Assembly (NCBI RefSeq): GCF_009914755.1
Contig: NC_060925.1
Reading direction: 5' to 3' (one strand)
DNA length: 64,000 nucleotides
Origin: the human T2T-CHM13v2.0 reference genome, Homo sapiens
Below are positions 1-27,473 of the stretch, piece by piece; within the stretch, counting starts at the first letter, position 1, and each line of letters begins with the position of its first letter. The position numbers and the translations under genes are program-made. Below the pieces are notes generated by a model. It worked only from the letters and a program-made list of their open reading frames with translations, was not told where the DNA came from and made no database searches.

Positions 1-522
1 GTGGACAGGACCTGTTTCTTGATTCTAGCCAAGGGAATATGGCAAAGATGATAAAATATCACTCCCATGATTATGTTACTATATACTTATATATATGTAT
101 CTGTCTTGCTAGCAGGCCCACTGTAGGGACTCTTTCTCTCTGGCCCTGAAGGAGCAAACAGTCATGAAGTAAGTGGTTGGAGGAGGGAGAAGCCCACCTT
201 TTAAGGAACTTGGGGCAGCTTCTAGGAGCCGAACGTGGCCTCCAGCAAGAAACTGAATCACTCAGTCCTGCAGCCACCAGAAATGAATTCTGCCAGCAGT
301 CTGAGTGAGGTTGGCAGTAAATTCTCCCCCGGTGGAGCCTCCAGGTGAAAATGCAGCCCAGCCAACACTTTGATTGCAGCCCTGTGAGATCTCAGAGAAG
401 AGGGTCTAGCTAAGTCATGCTGAGACTCCTGCCCCACAGAAACCAGGGAATCATAAATGCATGTTGTTTTACGCCACTAAGTTTGTGGTAATTTGTTACA
501 CAGCATAGAAAACTAGTGTAAC
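1..522 (+). mobile_element. MLT1-family MaLR LTR (partial, continues off window)
   Basis: MLT1-like 3' end: 'gccaacactttgattgcagcc...ataaatgcatgttgtttt...ccactaagtttgtggtaatttgttaca..gcatagaaaacta'. Subfamily not resolved. Confidence 0.75.
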
Positions 523-985
523 ATATAAAATAAAATACTGCCTGACTTTCATTGTTGTTGTTAAAAGATAACGTAACATTGAGCAGGCCTTCAGTAATGT
601 TAAGTATTTGAATTAGGCCTTGATTTGTATTCTAGTTCATCCAGTTATTAGCAGTATGAACTTGACAAGTTTGTCTTGCTTAGTGTCACATTTCTTTGTA
701 GTAGTATTTTAAAGATTAAATGAGATAAGGTAGATAAAAAGACAATTTTATTTATCTAGTACTGTGCCTGGCACTTAGTAAGTACTTATTTAGTGATTGT
801 TGTTAATGATCATCCTCATCAAGGGAGTTGGATTGTGGGTTTTAGGCTAGCTTGAGGCGGAGGCGGGTATAAGAATAAGAGTTCTGAATTTATCTGACCT
901 GAGAAGCAGGAAAGGGAAAAAAGCCAATTCCTGATTCTCCCCTCCCTTCTTGTCTCTGGGGTTCTCTGCTCCATCTGACCTGTAG

Positions 986-1204
<219 letters not shown>

Positions 1205-1419
1205 TAAAATCCAGAGTAATCTCTAATTACAGAAAATGTAGTTTCCTAAATCATAATAATATGATTGTAGAAAGTGGGAAAAATAGAGAAAAACTTATTA
1301 CTAACCCATATCTTTCCATCCAAAACTATCTCTGTTAACATTTTGTTGCATATGACTTACTTCGGTCCTCTTTCTCATCAGCTTTTTTTTTTTAAAACTA
1401 TTTACTTTATTGATGTTTC

Positions 1420-5027
<3,608 letters not shown>

Positions 5028-5354
5028 TGGTTTGTGTTTTAACCTTTCTAAGTGCTAGGTATTAAATCAGTTACCATTTTTCCATGTGCATTGTTCTTTG
5101 TTTTACTTTCTGTTAATGGGATTATGGAGGAGTAGAGGTAAATTCGTGCTCAGTCCAGCATCTTTAAACAGATGCCCCTTGTTCTTGTAATTTTTCCCAC
5201 AGTTAAGATATTGTGTGTATATAATCGTTATGTGATTGATATTTTGCCAAGTAGATGTATCTAAATTTGTTCAATCGTTCCCAGATTTTGAAACATTTTG
5301 TTGTAAATGATGGATTATTCAAATGTTGGTTTCTCTCTCTTGTTTTTGGAGTAG

Positions 5355-6371
<1,017 letters not shown>

Positions 6372-6454
6372 GTGAAAATTATATACATTATTATATTAAT
6401 TATATAGTACAAATTATTATATCCCTGAGCACTGGCCTAACTGTTCTGGATTAA

Positions 6455-6682
<228 letters not shown>

Positions 6683-7121
6683 TGAATTTAGGTGTGTTTA
6701 AAAAGAAACTGAAAAAAGATATTACTAGCTTAAAGCAATGCTTCAGAATTAGTAATCTATTTGGGGGTAGATAGCAAGCAAAATAAAAAGTAAAAGTTTG
6801 CTCCTACTTGTATTCCCCACAGACAAGCACCGTTAATAATTTGATACCTAATCTCCCAGATACTTTTCTATATCCATGCTATATTTAGTATGTGCTGTAT
6901 ATATGAAATATATTTTTTAACAAAGTGGGCTCATTCTGTGCATGCTGTCCTATAGCTTGGTCTTTTCACTCAACAGTTTATTGCTGACACTCTTCCTTTA
7001 GTAAAACATGGACCTGCTTCTGTGTAATGGTCTCTGGGAGACTGGGAGGCCAGGAGTCAGGGGTTATTTCCCAGACAGATTAAATATTTCTGCATGTTTT
7101 GCAATTTAAAATCCCTTTTGA

Positions 7122-12171
<5,050 letters not shown>

Positions 12172-12208
12172 TCATTTTATCTGTTAATTCCTAGGCCAAA
12201 GAGCTTAA

Positions 12209-12481
<273 letters not shown>

Positions 12482-13006
12482 ACCTAAGGAATTTCAGAGG
12501 TGTGTGCTCTTCCTCAATGTCAGGTGTTCTGCCCTGGCAGTAATTGCACATCAGTTGTCATTGGAGTTTGTGAGTTGGCTGTCTCATTGGCCTTTGATTG
12601 TTGATTTTATATATGTTACAAAAGGTTGGATTTGTATGATAGCTGTAATCCCAAGTCAAGTTGGACTCATTCTGCAGCCTTTCAGCAGCAATTTTGAAGA
12701 CTCAAACCGTGGACTCTGGGAAGGCCTGGGAGCTTGTGTTGGAACAGCTATGCAAGTTACTTTTCTCTAGCCTTGGACAATTTTTTCCCTTTGGGAGCTT
12801 GTCATGGGAGTGGGACCTGTTCACTAGAAGAGAAAGGAAACCTACAGGGAGACTTTGATATTTATATTAAATTTCCTTTGTTGTTATCGTCATGTGAAGC
12901 TATGAGAAAAGCTTGGGAAGCATATGCTTCAAAATGTAGTGTTTAGAAGGCAGAACCCCTGTTGGAGAGCGGGGAAAAGAATTTATTTATTTATTTATTT
13001 ATCTAT

Positions 13007-13634
<628 letters not shown>

Positions 13635-14070
13635 TTTTTACAATTTTGGGTGTCTATCTTTGGCATGTTTCCTGTTATGTGAGCATGACATGCTGTGTAT
13701 GTGAGTGAGCTTGTAGGGCGTGGTGGGACTTAGGCATTTGCAGACAGTGTTTAGATGAAAGATTACATGTAATGATAAATCTGAATCCCTCCATTTTATT
13801 TGGGTGGAACCATGACCAAAAATGGTAGGAAGACGAAAGGCCAGAAAGAGACTTTGCCAGAGAGTTCACGGAGTTTTCTTACCCCGCATGCTGACTAAAG
13901 AAAACATGGGCTTTTCTGAAACCAGCTTCAACTACAGTATAAACTATATCAGAAGCTTACTTGATAAGCCTTGCGGAGCTGCTCTGAGGAATAGTGTGAA
14001 TTCCTTCCTTGCCTTATTGTTGACTGTTAATGAACATGTTTTGTCATTTATCTGTTTAAGTTTTTCAGAA

Positions 14071-14076
14071 AATAAA
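14071..14076 (+). terminator. Candidate ZYG11A polyadenylation signal AATAAA
   Basis: Canonical hexamer with downstream U/GU-rich sequence. Confidence 0.55.
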
Positions 14077-15053
14077 AGTAAATTTCTGTTAGCACATTTT
14101 AGGATTAGATTTTTGTGCTTTTGGCTGGCTTGGTTCAGATTCTTAACTAGAGTACCATGTACTGTCTTTGGAAATCAAATGAGGAAGAAGCTCATTCTCT
14201 TACTCTAAACCATGTTCCAAACTATTACCAGAGTCCAACCAGATAAGCAGAATTTGTAACCTTACTTCCTTCCATAGTCCTTAAACTGTACTGTATTTTT
14301 TCACACTCTTGCATGATTCCAAAAGGATATCTTCCTGACCTGGGTTCTAGTACCTCAGAGCATTGTTATCAGATGCTAGCTTATTCTAATGTGAGGATGT
14401 GTTAGGGGAACTAGTGTGTTAAGTCCAATTCTGTACAAGACATCCTTTCAAGTTCTGTGTCATTCACAACAATCCTCACGGGTAGGTGAGTTTTATTTTC
14501 CTCACTTAACAGATGAGAAAAAGGAAGTTCAGTAAGGTGGTTACTTTCCTGGGTTGTCATAGCTGGTGTGGTTTGTGCTGACTGTAAAGGCCTGGGCTCT
14601 CCTGTGTTATTCTTCCTTCCAGGATGCAAGCATAACCCTGGGAGCACATTTGTATTTTGCAGAAATCCGCAATGTTATTTATATTGTATCCATGCCCATG
14701 GTTTAGTGACTCTAGGCCAGGCTGAGGCTCAGCTTAGCCAGCGCTCAGATCCAGTTGGAGAATGACTGCAAAGGCATAGCTTAAGATGTAGCCTTGGTAC
14801 CAGAGGAGGGAGGGGTATTGGGACCAGTATGGTTATGTATCAGCCTGCTCTTGGTTTTCTAAGTGTATCATCCTCTTCCTCACCTTTGCTCATGCTGTGT
14901 CAAGCTTCCTCTTCTGTACTTGAAATGTTCCTTAATCCTTCAGGCTTCAATTCCAATGTTAGTTGCCCATTTCCGGATCCTCCCTTCTTTCCATTAGAGT
15001 TAATTGCCCCTTTCTTCTCAGTGCTCCTAAATGCTATCAAAGAGTCTCCTGGA

Positions 15054-15355
<302 letters not shown>

Positions 15356-15450
15356 GAATTTTCTGCCACCCTGTAGTTTACAAAAGTGTTTCACAGTGAT
15401 GATTTCGTTTGGTCCTCACGAAAACACTGTAAGTTAACAATTAAAACATA

Positions 15451-16043
15451 TTTATTGAATATGAAGTGTTTTTATTTTGCTAAATCTTCACAAGTTTTGT
15501 TTTGTAGGTGAGGAAGCTGAGGCCCAGAGCATTTAAACAATTTGTCCACGGTTATACAGCAAGTAACTGGCAGAGACTGGGATCTGCAGTCTGACCCCTG
15601 ACACATGTTCAACCGATGTCAGAGTTTATTTATTACCTCTGTTGTTCACAGGAAGAAACTAGGGGTATCTTAAAATCTTCTGACATCTCTAATGAGTGCC
15701 TGATAACTGAGAGAGGTCAGGGGCTGAGAGCCAATGATACCAAGACTCAGAGAGATCTAATTTAATTCTTTATCATTCAAGTAGAGAGACAGGCATTTTC
15801 CAAAGCAAACCCAACCCTCGTGATTATTTCTAGCCAGGGTGAAGCTAAGGAAGGTAGCAGTAGGTGGTAGGATCAGCACCTTGGTTCCAGGCATCACGCC
15901 AGTCATTTTATTTCCATCATCATCCTTGTGAAGAAATGGAAGTCTGGAGAGGTGAAATGATGAAGGCAATCTGGCCACAAATCTTCCTTCTGGATCCTGC
16001 TCTTCAGGGCATGCATCTCCCATGCTGAAGGTTAAAATGGGGG
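15451..16043 (-). other. ECHDC2: ECHDC2 3'UTR region with several candidate poly(A) signals
   Basis: Minus-strand AATAAA at 15907-15912, 15625-15630, 15471-15476, 15451-15456; ATTAAA 15761-15766. Confidence 0.6.
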
Positions 16044-16121
16044 TCATTTGCCAACAAATTTGGGAGTCCGCTTCTCCCTGAAGGCTGCCATGCCCTCTAG
16101 CCGGTCCCGGGTTGGAATATT
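16044..16121 (-). CDS. ECHDC2: ECHDC2 exon 10 (NIPTRDRLEGMAAFREKRTPKFVGK*)
   Basis: ttgcag acceptor; crotonase C-terminal motif D.lEGmaAF.EKR.P.F.G; TGA at 16044-16046. Confidence 0.96.
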   Translation of the reverse strand, partial: NIPTRDRLEGMAAFREKRTPKFVGK

Positions 16122-16960
16122 CTGCAACAAGGTACAAAATATTAGTTTTGGGGGAGCAGGGCCACAGGCCCAAAAAGAGTTGCTTAAGCTTGTCCAGCCC
16201 AAGACAAGGCCAGGGTCCAAGTGTTTCCATTGTCTCTGGACTCTGATCTTGAGGCATGCAAAGGTATAAGCCTCCGTGGCTGCTTTGTCTCCTGGGGAAG
16301 ACAGGCCAGCCTTTGTATTCTCTGTGCCCCATCAGCATTAGCCTCCACTTGCACACTGCTTTCATGCCTCCTGAGAACTCAGCTGCCGTCTGCAGTGGTC
16401 TGACATGAGGCTGCTCAGTAGAGAAAAAAATTCTTTGCAGTAAGAAATCTGGCTTTGAATCCAGGTTCACACTAGTTTCTCCAAGTCCCAGGACCCCTTA
16501 GGAGTATTTTGGATATCTGTTAACGTGGAGATTAGCATTTTTTACTCACCCATGAGTAAGAGATTTAATAGGTCAGTCCCAAGTGTACAGCCCCTACATT
16601 GAACACAGCCTGCAGGCTACAACCAAGCCCTTGACCTCCCAACTCCATCCTGAACTTTACAGTGGCATCCGATACAGAGGCAAAAGATGTGGTTCTTCCT
16701 CTTAAGGACCTGTGTTCTGTGATTCTCGGCATTAAGTGGGCAGGATGAACCCCAGTACATTAGATGGTTGAGGGAAAAGTCCCAGAGAGAAGCACTATGG
16801 CTCTCCTCAAGCCACTCCAGGTGACTTATGAGGGACGATGGATGCGGTCAGACTGTTTGTGTTGAGAAGAACCTTCTAAAATTGGTCATGTACCATACAA
16901 AGTCCCTCTAGCCTGGCCCAGCCTATGTTAACAAGCAGGCATGGGCTGGTTGCTACATAC

Positions 16961-17008
16961 CTGGGCATAGCACATCCCTTCAATGGCCATCCCAGATGCA
17001 ATGTCCAC
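16961..17008 (-). CDS. ECHDC2: ECHDC2 exon 9 (VDIASGMAIEGMCYAQ)
   Basis: AG/GTATGT boundaries; 48 nt, phase 0/0. Confidence 0.94.
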
Positions 17009-17619
17009 CTGCAAGAAAGACGTGCTCCCTGGATTGGTCTGACCTTGTCCATCTTCACCCACACTGGAAGCCAGCCCACCCTATTGCCTACAGACATCTA
17101 TATGAGCAGAGATAGCTATGAGAAGGAATTTCCCTCCTAGAGAAGAAACACCATTCGTAACTATGACAAAACTGCTGGGAGAAACGAGACAGACTGAGAC
17201 ATTTTGCCAGAGAAGAGGAGTTCTCCTTCCCATCCGGCTGCCTCACCACGCTTCCTGTCACCCGTTAATTTCTGAACCTTTATGACCTGGGCCCTGGCAA
17301 TTGCTCCAGCCTCTAGGGCCCACTGACTGGCACTTGAAAGCCTCATTCTAAGAGAAGTACCATGTGTGTGTGAACTTAATTTTCACAGCAAGGGTTAGTA
17401 TCCCTATTCTACAGCTGAGAAACCTGAGGCATAGAAAGGTGAAATAATTTGTCAAAGTTCACAACAGTATGTGGAAGAGCAGGTCTTTGAACCCAGACAG
17501 CCTAGTGCCTCGAACTTGCACTCTCTCTTCTTCCCTCACTCTCATCTGGACGAGCTGCTTGCTTATCCTCCTCTGTGCCTTTGCCCATACTTTTCCTCTG
17601 GAATTTTTATCCTTCCCAC

Positions 17620-18100
<481 letters not shown>

Positions 18101-18242
18101 AACCTTTCTGGGGTGTCAGCGTGGTACCATTATCCTTGATTTGTGTCTGTATCTGCCCCCTCCCGGGGGCAGTGACCATGTTTAACTCATCCATCTGTAT
18201 CCCAGTTCCCAGCTTTGTTCTGGATTCAGTGTGTGATGAGTG

Positions 18243-18312
18243 ACTAGATGGGAGAGTTGAGGTGGACAGATGGATTAACTAGATGGGAGAGTTGAGGTGG
18301 ACAGATGGATTA
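18243..18312. repeat. Perfect 35-bp tandem duplication
   Basis: actagatgggagagttgaggtggacagatggatta x2 (18243-18277, 18278-18312). Confidence 0.97.
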
Positions 18313-18697
18313 GCCACACCCAAGGCATCACCCCAAGCCCTGCCCTGAGGCCACATTACTGCCAGCACAAATCTTGCAGCATGGACTGGCAGCCACACAG
18401 ACCCGGGTTCTTTCTACTCACTTCCTCTGAGACCTTGGGCAAATCATTTACCCTTTCTTAACCTCAATCTCATCCTCTCTCCAAGGGAGAAAGATGAGGA
18501 TAGAATGTAAACAATAATACTGTCTGGCCAATTTGCAGATGTGTAAACTGACGTAGAGCACGAGGTCAGAGTTCAAGTCTGTTAGAAGAGTCCACTTCCT
18601 GAGTTTTTCCCAGCTGTGCTGTCTGAGCTCTGAAAGCACTGTGTCCCAGCCGCGACCAACTTTAGTGGACCCAAGTCCCAACCCAAAACCCTCTCAC

Positions 18698-18748
18698 CTC
18701 CGTTCCTCGGTCAATGGCTACTTTGCCCAGCCGCACGGCAATGGGGGC
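18698..18748 (-). CDS. ECHDC2: ECHDC2 exon 8 (APIAVRLGKVAIDRGTE)
   Basis: cctag acceptor, GTGAGA donor; 51 nt, phase 0/0. Confidence 0.94.
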
Positions 18749-20401
18749 CTAGGGAAAAGCAAAAAGTCTTGGTTGAGGAGGGCATCAAGGCTGATAGTTG
18801 CAGGTCTGAGGTGCACAGCTTTGTTTTGAAGGAGGGAGGCAGATGTCTGGGTCTGGTTCCAGCCATTCTGCTGACAGTTTCTTTAGCGTTAGTCCTATAA
18901 CCTGTTAGCTGAGGTTCTTTTTCTATCATGAAAGAAGCCAGACTCTGATCCCTGAACACCTGGGTTTCTTGTTATTCAGCCCATCCTTCCAACATGCACA
19001 ACATAACTAGTTTACAAAGTGCTTTCCTCCCCCACAGACTCATCTAATGGTGCTACCCACACTTCTAGGCTGGTGTCATCACTGATCACCCAGCTGTGAT
19101 TTTACAGCTGTGAGATTGCAGTGCAGGGAGGTGAAGCACTTGGCTGTGTTTATCCAATCATTGGTGAGACTTGGATTGGACTCCCAACCACCTTTCCCAC
19201 TTCCTCGACCTCATTTCAGCAAATGCCAGCCTCTGCGGTAAGGTTTTACCCCAGCAGAGTGAAACAAAGTCAGGGTTAGGAACTTGGGCTTTCAAGTCGA
19301 CAGGGCTGTGTTGAAATCCTGGTCTGTGGGGCGGTGCAGAGGGGTGGGTGCATTTTAATACAGCCACATAGAAGCAACAGTGTCTGCTTTGTCACTGGCC
19401 TTGGTTCCACACCAGCCCTAGCACTCCAGTCTCAGCCCCACTTCCAGGCAAGGAGGAATTACTTCCTATATCATATTATTTGAAGTGTTTATAAAACTTT
19501 CTCAGGAAAAGTCTCAAAAAAAAAAAAAACTGGGAAAAAGAATTGCAATGCTTATGACAGATGAATTTCCTTGATTTACAAAAAAGTTAGTATAAAGTAA
19601 CTTTTAAACCATTTACAAAAGAGTATGTAAAAGGTCCACCGGAAAAGAAGTACGAACGTGAAGGATGTCCAGCAGCTGCTACACGCTTGAAAGGCAAATC
19701 AAAACAGTGAGGTACTGTGCCCTTTCACCTCAGACCAGCAAATACTAAAATATCAATATGCCTACTACTGCCGAGACTGGGGAAACCAGTATTTACATAC
19801 ATTATTGATAGAAAAGTAAAAGAGTATGCCACAGGAGAGCAATTTGGCAAAAACTGGCAAAATGCTGGTGTGCCTTTATAAAACAAAACCAAACCTTTGT
19901 TTTGTTTTATAAACGAAGGTTTATAAATGTTTTGTTATATAAAATGAAGGTTTTGTTTTATATTCTTCCATGTTTGAATTCCTTACTATGCATATTTAAA
20001 TTTTGTTTTTAAAATTTGTTAGAAACAGATTAGCCTCGAAAGATATTTCTTGTCCTCTAAGCCATTAAAAGGAATTTATTTAAATATGTAAGCATATGTG
20101 CATAATACACGTCCTTCCATATGCAATGGAAATTTCTGGAAGAGTATGGAAACAATAGTGATGATCTGGGGAGAGAGAGGGATTGGGAAATGAAGGGCTG
20201 TTTGGGTTTGCTTGTGACTGAAGGGTTACTGGGATATGGGACTTCCACTTTTAAAACTGGGGTAGTCACAGGTAAACCAGGACTAGCTGGTCATCTTGCC
20301 TTTGATTTTTACCTTATGCCCTTCTTACTCCTCTGTTCTTTTAGATTTGCTTGCCATATGTGTTATTATTTAGGTAACTACCCAATAAAGGAAGTAATCT
20401 T

Positions 20402-23634
<3,233 letters not shown>

Positions 23635-23744
23635 CACATGTTGTATTTCAAGAATATCCCACCAGGCAGTATGGTAGGAAATATGGGTTGGAAGTTCTGT
23701 ATCTATTTTAGAATCTTGCTTTTTCAGTCTTTGGGGGATTTTAA

Positions 23745-23930
23745 GGCTGTGCTATATAGTATAGTAGCCACAAGCCACATGTGGCTATTAGCATTTGAAA
23801 TGTGGCTAGTGTGAATGAGGAACTGCATTCATTTTCTGCAATTTAAATCATTTGGCTAGTGGCTCCCATACTGGATAAGCACAAGTATAGAACATTTATC
23901 TCATCTCAGAATGGTCTACTGGACAGTGTT
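23745..23930. mobile_element. MER3/MER33-like hAT MITE
   Basis: 'gtagccacaagccacatgtggctatt...tgaaatgtggctagt...tatagaacattt...ctggacagtg'. Confidence 0.7.
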
Positions 23931-24164
23931 ACATTCAGAGGGCTTTCAAGCCCATTTGGTTCCAGCCCTTTGGAATTCAATTTACATTTTAATTCAGAAT
24001 TAAAATTTGACTTGATTGTGTTTACTGGATGGTTAAACAAACTCCAAAGAGGGTTAATCATATGTCTCTGGGAGAATGGATGTGCAGCCCAAGGGGACAC
24101 CCTGCCCCACACATGCCTCCCCCATGACTCCAGCCCTCCTTCTGGTGCCGAGCTGTCACCACAC

Positions 24165-24352
24165 CTGGGGCAGGATCTCCTGGGCCAGTGCTCGTGCCCG
24201 CTGGTAGGCGGCGTCCCCCTCCTCGTTCTGGGCCACAGCGTGATTCACCAGCCCCAGTACGTGGGCCTCAGTTCCACTCAGTCGTCGGCCCGTGAAGATG
24301 AGCTCCTTCGCCAGGGCCACCCCCAGACAACGGGGCAGCCTCTGAGTCCCTC
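24165..24352 (-). CDS. ECHDC2: ECHDC2 exon 7 ([25 protein letters not shown]...QEILPQ)
   Basis: AG/GT boundaries; 188 nt, phase 1/0; crotonase motif GGTQRLPR..G...AKELIFTG. Confidence 0.97.
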
Positions 24353-24552
24353 CTACCAGGATGGAGGGAGCAGGGTGGGAATCAGCATGGGAAGTGGGAA
24401 CCCAGAGAAGGCTCAGCCTGGGACTCAGCCAAGACTTCTCAGAGGAGCAGGGTTCAGGTGGGAGGGCAGAGCCCAGAACAGAGGGCAAAAAAGGAAAGCA
24501 GCGAAGGACCCTGGATGGGGTGGAATTGGGCGGGTGCTGTAGTTGCGATTAC

Positions 24553-24609
24553 CTGCCCCCGGGAGGAGCCCTCGCGTGGTCTCAATCAGTCCCATGACTG
24601 CCGAGGAAG
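24553..24609 (-). CDS. ECHDC2: ECHDC2 exon 6 (ASSAVMGLIETTRGLLPGA)
   Basis: 57 nt, phase 1/1; second catalytic-Glu motif (GLIE..RGLLPG). Confidence 0.95.
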
Positions 24610-26037
24610 CTGCTCAGATAGAACAAAGTGAGGCCTCCCTCCCCCATCCGGTCCCCCAGTGCTAATCCCGGGGGCCACAGCTGCCTCTGCTGTCTACTCG
24701 CCCCTCTAGCCACTTGCCCCATGGTCTGGCCACAGCCAGGCCTCTCCAGACTCTGCCTTTGGAAGAGCCCTAGCCCAGAAGTCAGGAGCCCAGGCCCTTA
24801 TTTCACCATGCCCCTTTGATGGAGTTGTAAGTCACCAGCAAGTCTCACCCTTCCCAAGCCTCAAAGGTGGAAGAAAGATGGCTGGCCCTCTTCTGTCTGC
24901 TTCAGAGAGCCGCTAAGGATCACACGAGGTACGACGCTTGGAACAAGGAGAGTTCCTAGGAGGTGCCCCATATCTATTTGTGGATTACTATTAATAGGTT
25001 CTCTGGCTTAGCCCTGGCCTGGCCTAGAATGTCAGTGACTCCTGCTCCTGCTACAGTCGTCCGTTCCAGCTTTGTCACAGCCTGAAATTGCCCTGACTGT
25101 TCCAGTCCATGTCCTCCTGAGTTCTGCTTCCTTCCTTCGAGAAACTTGCCTTGACTGACGCACCCCCCCGGGTCTGTCTCCTTTTCTGAATTCCCTCAGC
25201 ATGGACCATGTGAACGTGGGCAGAAGGGAGTGGGTTTTACATTCACTCCGTCTTAGTCTTCCCCAAAACCCTGTGAGTTAGTTGCGTGAACGTGGGCATG
25301 TGAGAAGGAGAGTTGGGGCTAGACCAGCCTGGTATTTTGGTGCCTGGACACCTGGTCAGTTCCTTCTCTTTGACCTGCATTGTGTAGACAGAAGCTACTT
25401 TCATGCCTGGAGCTACACATTTTTATATGTTGCTCCTGGGGTGGCAGGAGAGAGCGGTGGGGGGAGAAGGGAAGACATTCAGACTTTGCCTAACTGCATC
25501 CAAGAAGGCTGCTCCTAATCACCAGGTCAGTCACCTGAGAAAATGATCAGTTATCTTCTTTATCCCCTCCCATTCTTCAAACAAAGCTCAATTGCTCAGA
25601 ACAAGTAATGCAAATTTGGCTGGTGCCAGTATTCCTGCCCAGGCACCTTTGTGATTAGCTCAGCCATTGACAAACTATCCCTGAGGCTCACCTTTTTCCG
25701 AAACATGGTCGATAAATCTGACTTGGACAGAATGGGAAGACTGGACATTGCTCTTTGACCTCCTTGGCTCGTAACAGCAATTGCTCTGAGGTTGGTCAAA
25801 TATTCCCAAAATGAAGGAAGCAGGTTCTGACAGGTCACAGATACTACAGCAGCTAATGGCTGCACCAGGAGGGGAAGCAGCTTCTGCCTGAGCACCCTCT
25901 GTGCTCTGCCTTGCCTTAGTTTTGCTTTTGGTTGGAAGCCAAGAACAGTGGCTGACTGCAGAATGTCCAGACTCACCCTGTTTCACTCACCCCTGACTCC
26001 CTAGCCCCACCCCCTGCCCCCAGTCCTGGCCCAGTAC

Positions 26038-26130
26038 CTGCCACTCGGAGGTCACAGGCCAGGGCAAGCTCTAGGCCTCCGCCCAAGGCAAACCCATCCA
26101 TAGCCGCAATGGTGGGTGCAGGGAAGGCTG
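26038..26130 (-). CDS. ECHDC2: ECHDC2 exon 5 ([31 protein letters not shown])
   Basis: 93 nt, phase 1/1; enoyl-CoA hydratase signature [22 protein letters not shown]. Confidence 0.97.
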
Positions 26131-26284
26131 CTGTGGAGAGGAAGAAAGGCTCAGCCTGCAAAGCCCTGGTGGGACCAGGACAGAGACTCAAGGCTGGGGA
26201 GGGGCAAGCTGGTTGGGACAGAGGCCTCAGTGGACCCAGGTCTGGGGACATTACATGGAACCTCAGCCAGGTTATCTTAATTCT

Positions 26285-26743
<459 letters not shown>

Positions 26744-27386
26744 TAGGGAAAGTTACAGAATCAGCCAGGGAAGAGGAATGGGAGGATGGGCTGGATGATC
26801 CCTGTTCAGGCCTAATCCGCTGGCCTCCCTGGGGCCTCCCTTTCTTTGTGCCAAGCCCTGTGCTGGGTGCTGGGAACTGGGAACACAGAATGAATCAGAC
26901 ATAGCCTTTGTTCCCATGGGGCTCAGTCTCATGGGGAAGACAAATGTGTATCAGGCATTATTGACCCAGGATCATCAGTGCTCCAATAAAAAGCTCAGAG
27001 GGTGGGTTGGGAAGGCTTCCTGGAGGAGGAGGTACTGGAGGGCTTGAAGGACAAGTAAAAGTTCAAGTAACCAAGAAGGGGTATCTCAGGCAAAGGTAAC
27101 AGCAATTGTCAAAACTTGAAAGCATGCTTGGGGAAACTTAACTGCTTTGGAATGGCCAGGCTTGAACCCTGAGGGTGGGGCGGGACACAAAAGCTGAAGA
27201 GCCAGAACTCCCTCTCTGAGAGAACTGCCCTCGGTCATCCTCCTCCATCCCCCTGGGTGAGTCATCTGTCTTATCACAGAACTCCAAACAGAAAGAAGAC
27301 TCTCCTTAGATGCTGGTGGGGGTAGCGGGACTGTCATCGGCAGGGACCCCCAAACCCCCTCCTCCACCCCACACCCAGATCCTCAC

Positions 27387-27473
27387 CGATGTCATTCATC
27401 AGGCCCCGGAGTCGCTGGACAAACACCCCCACCTCTGCTTCACTCATCTGTTCCCGCTCCTTCAGGTCTGCAC
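27387..27473 (-). CDS. ECHDC2: ECHDC2 exon 4 (GADLKEREQMSEAEVGVFVQRLRGLMNDI)
   Basis: 87 nt, phase 1/1; completes the FCAGADL oxyanion-hole motif. Confidence 0.96.

Noticed and set aside
15757-16470. 237-aa minus-strand ORF as an independent gene
   Set aside because: Non-ATG start in intron 9, no family motif; only the exon-10 alternative-frame part is kept as a low-interest finding.
18243-18312. CRISPR-like direct repeats of 35 bp
   Set aside because: Two adjacent copies with no spacer, eukaryotic context, no cas genes.
23859-24542. 227-aa plus-strand ORF
   Set aside because: GTG start, begins in a MER3-like repeat, and is the antisense shadow of GC-rich ECHDC2 exon 7; no recognisable domain.
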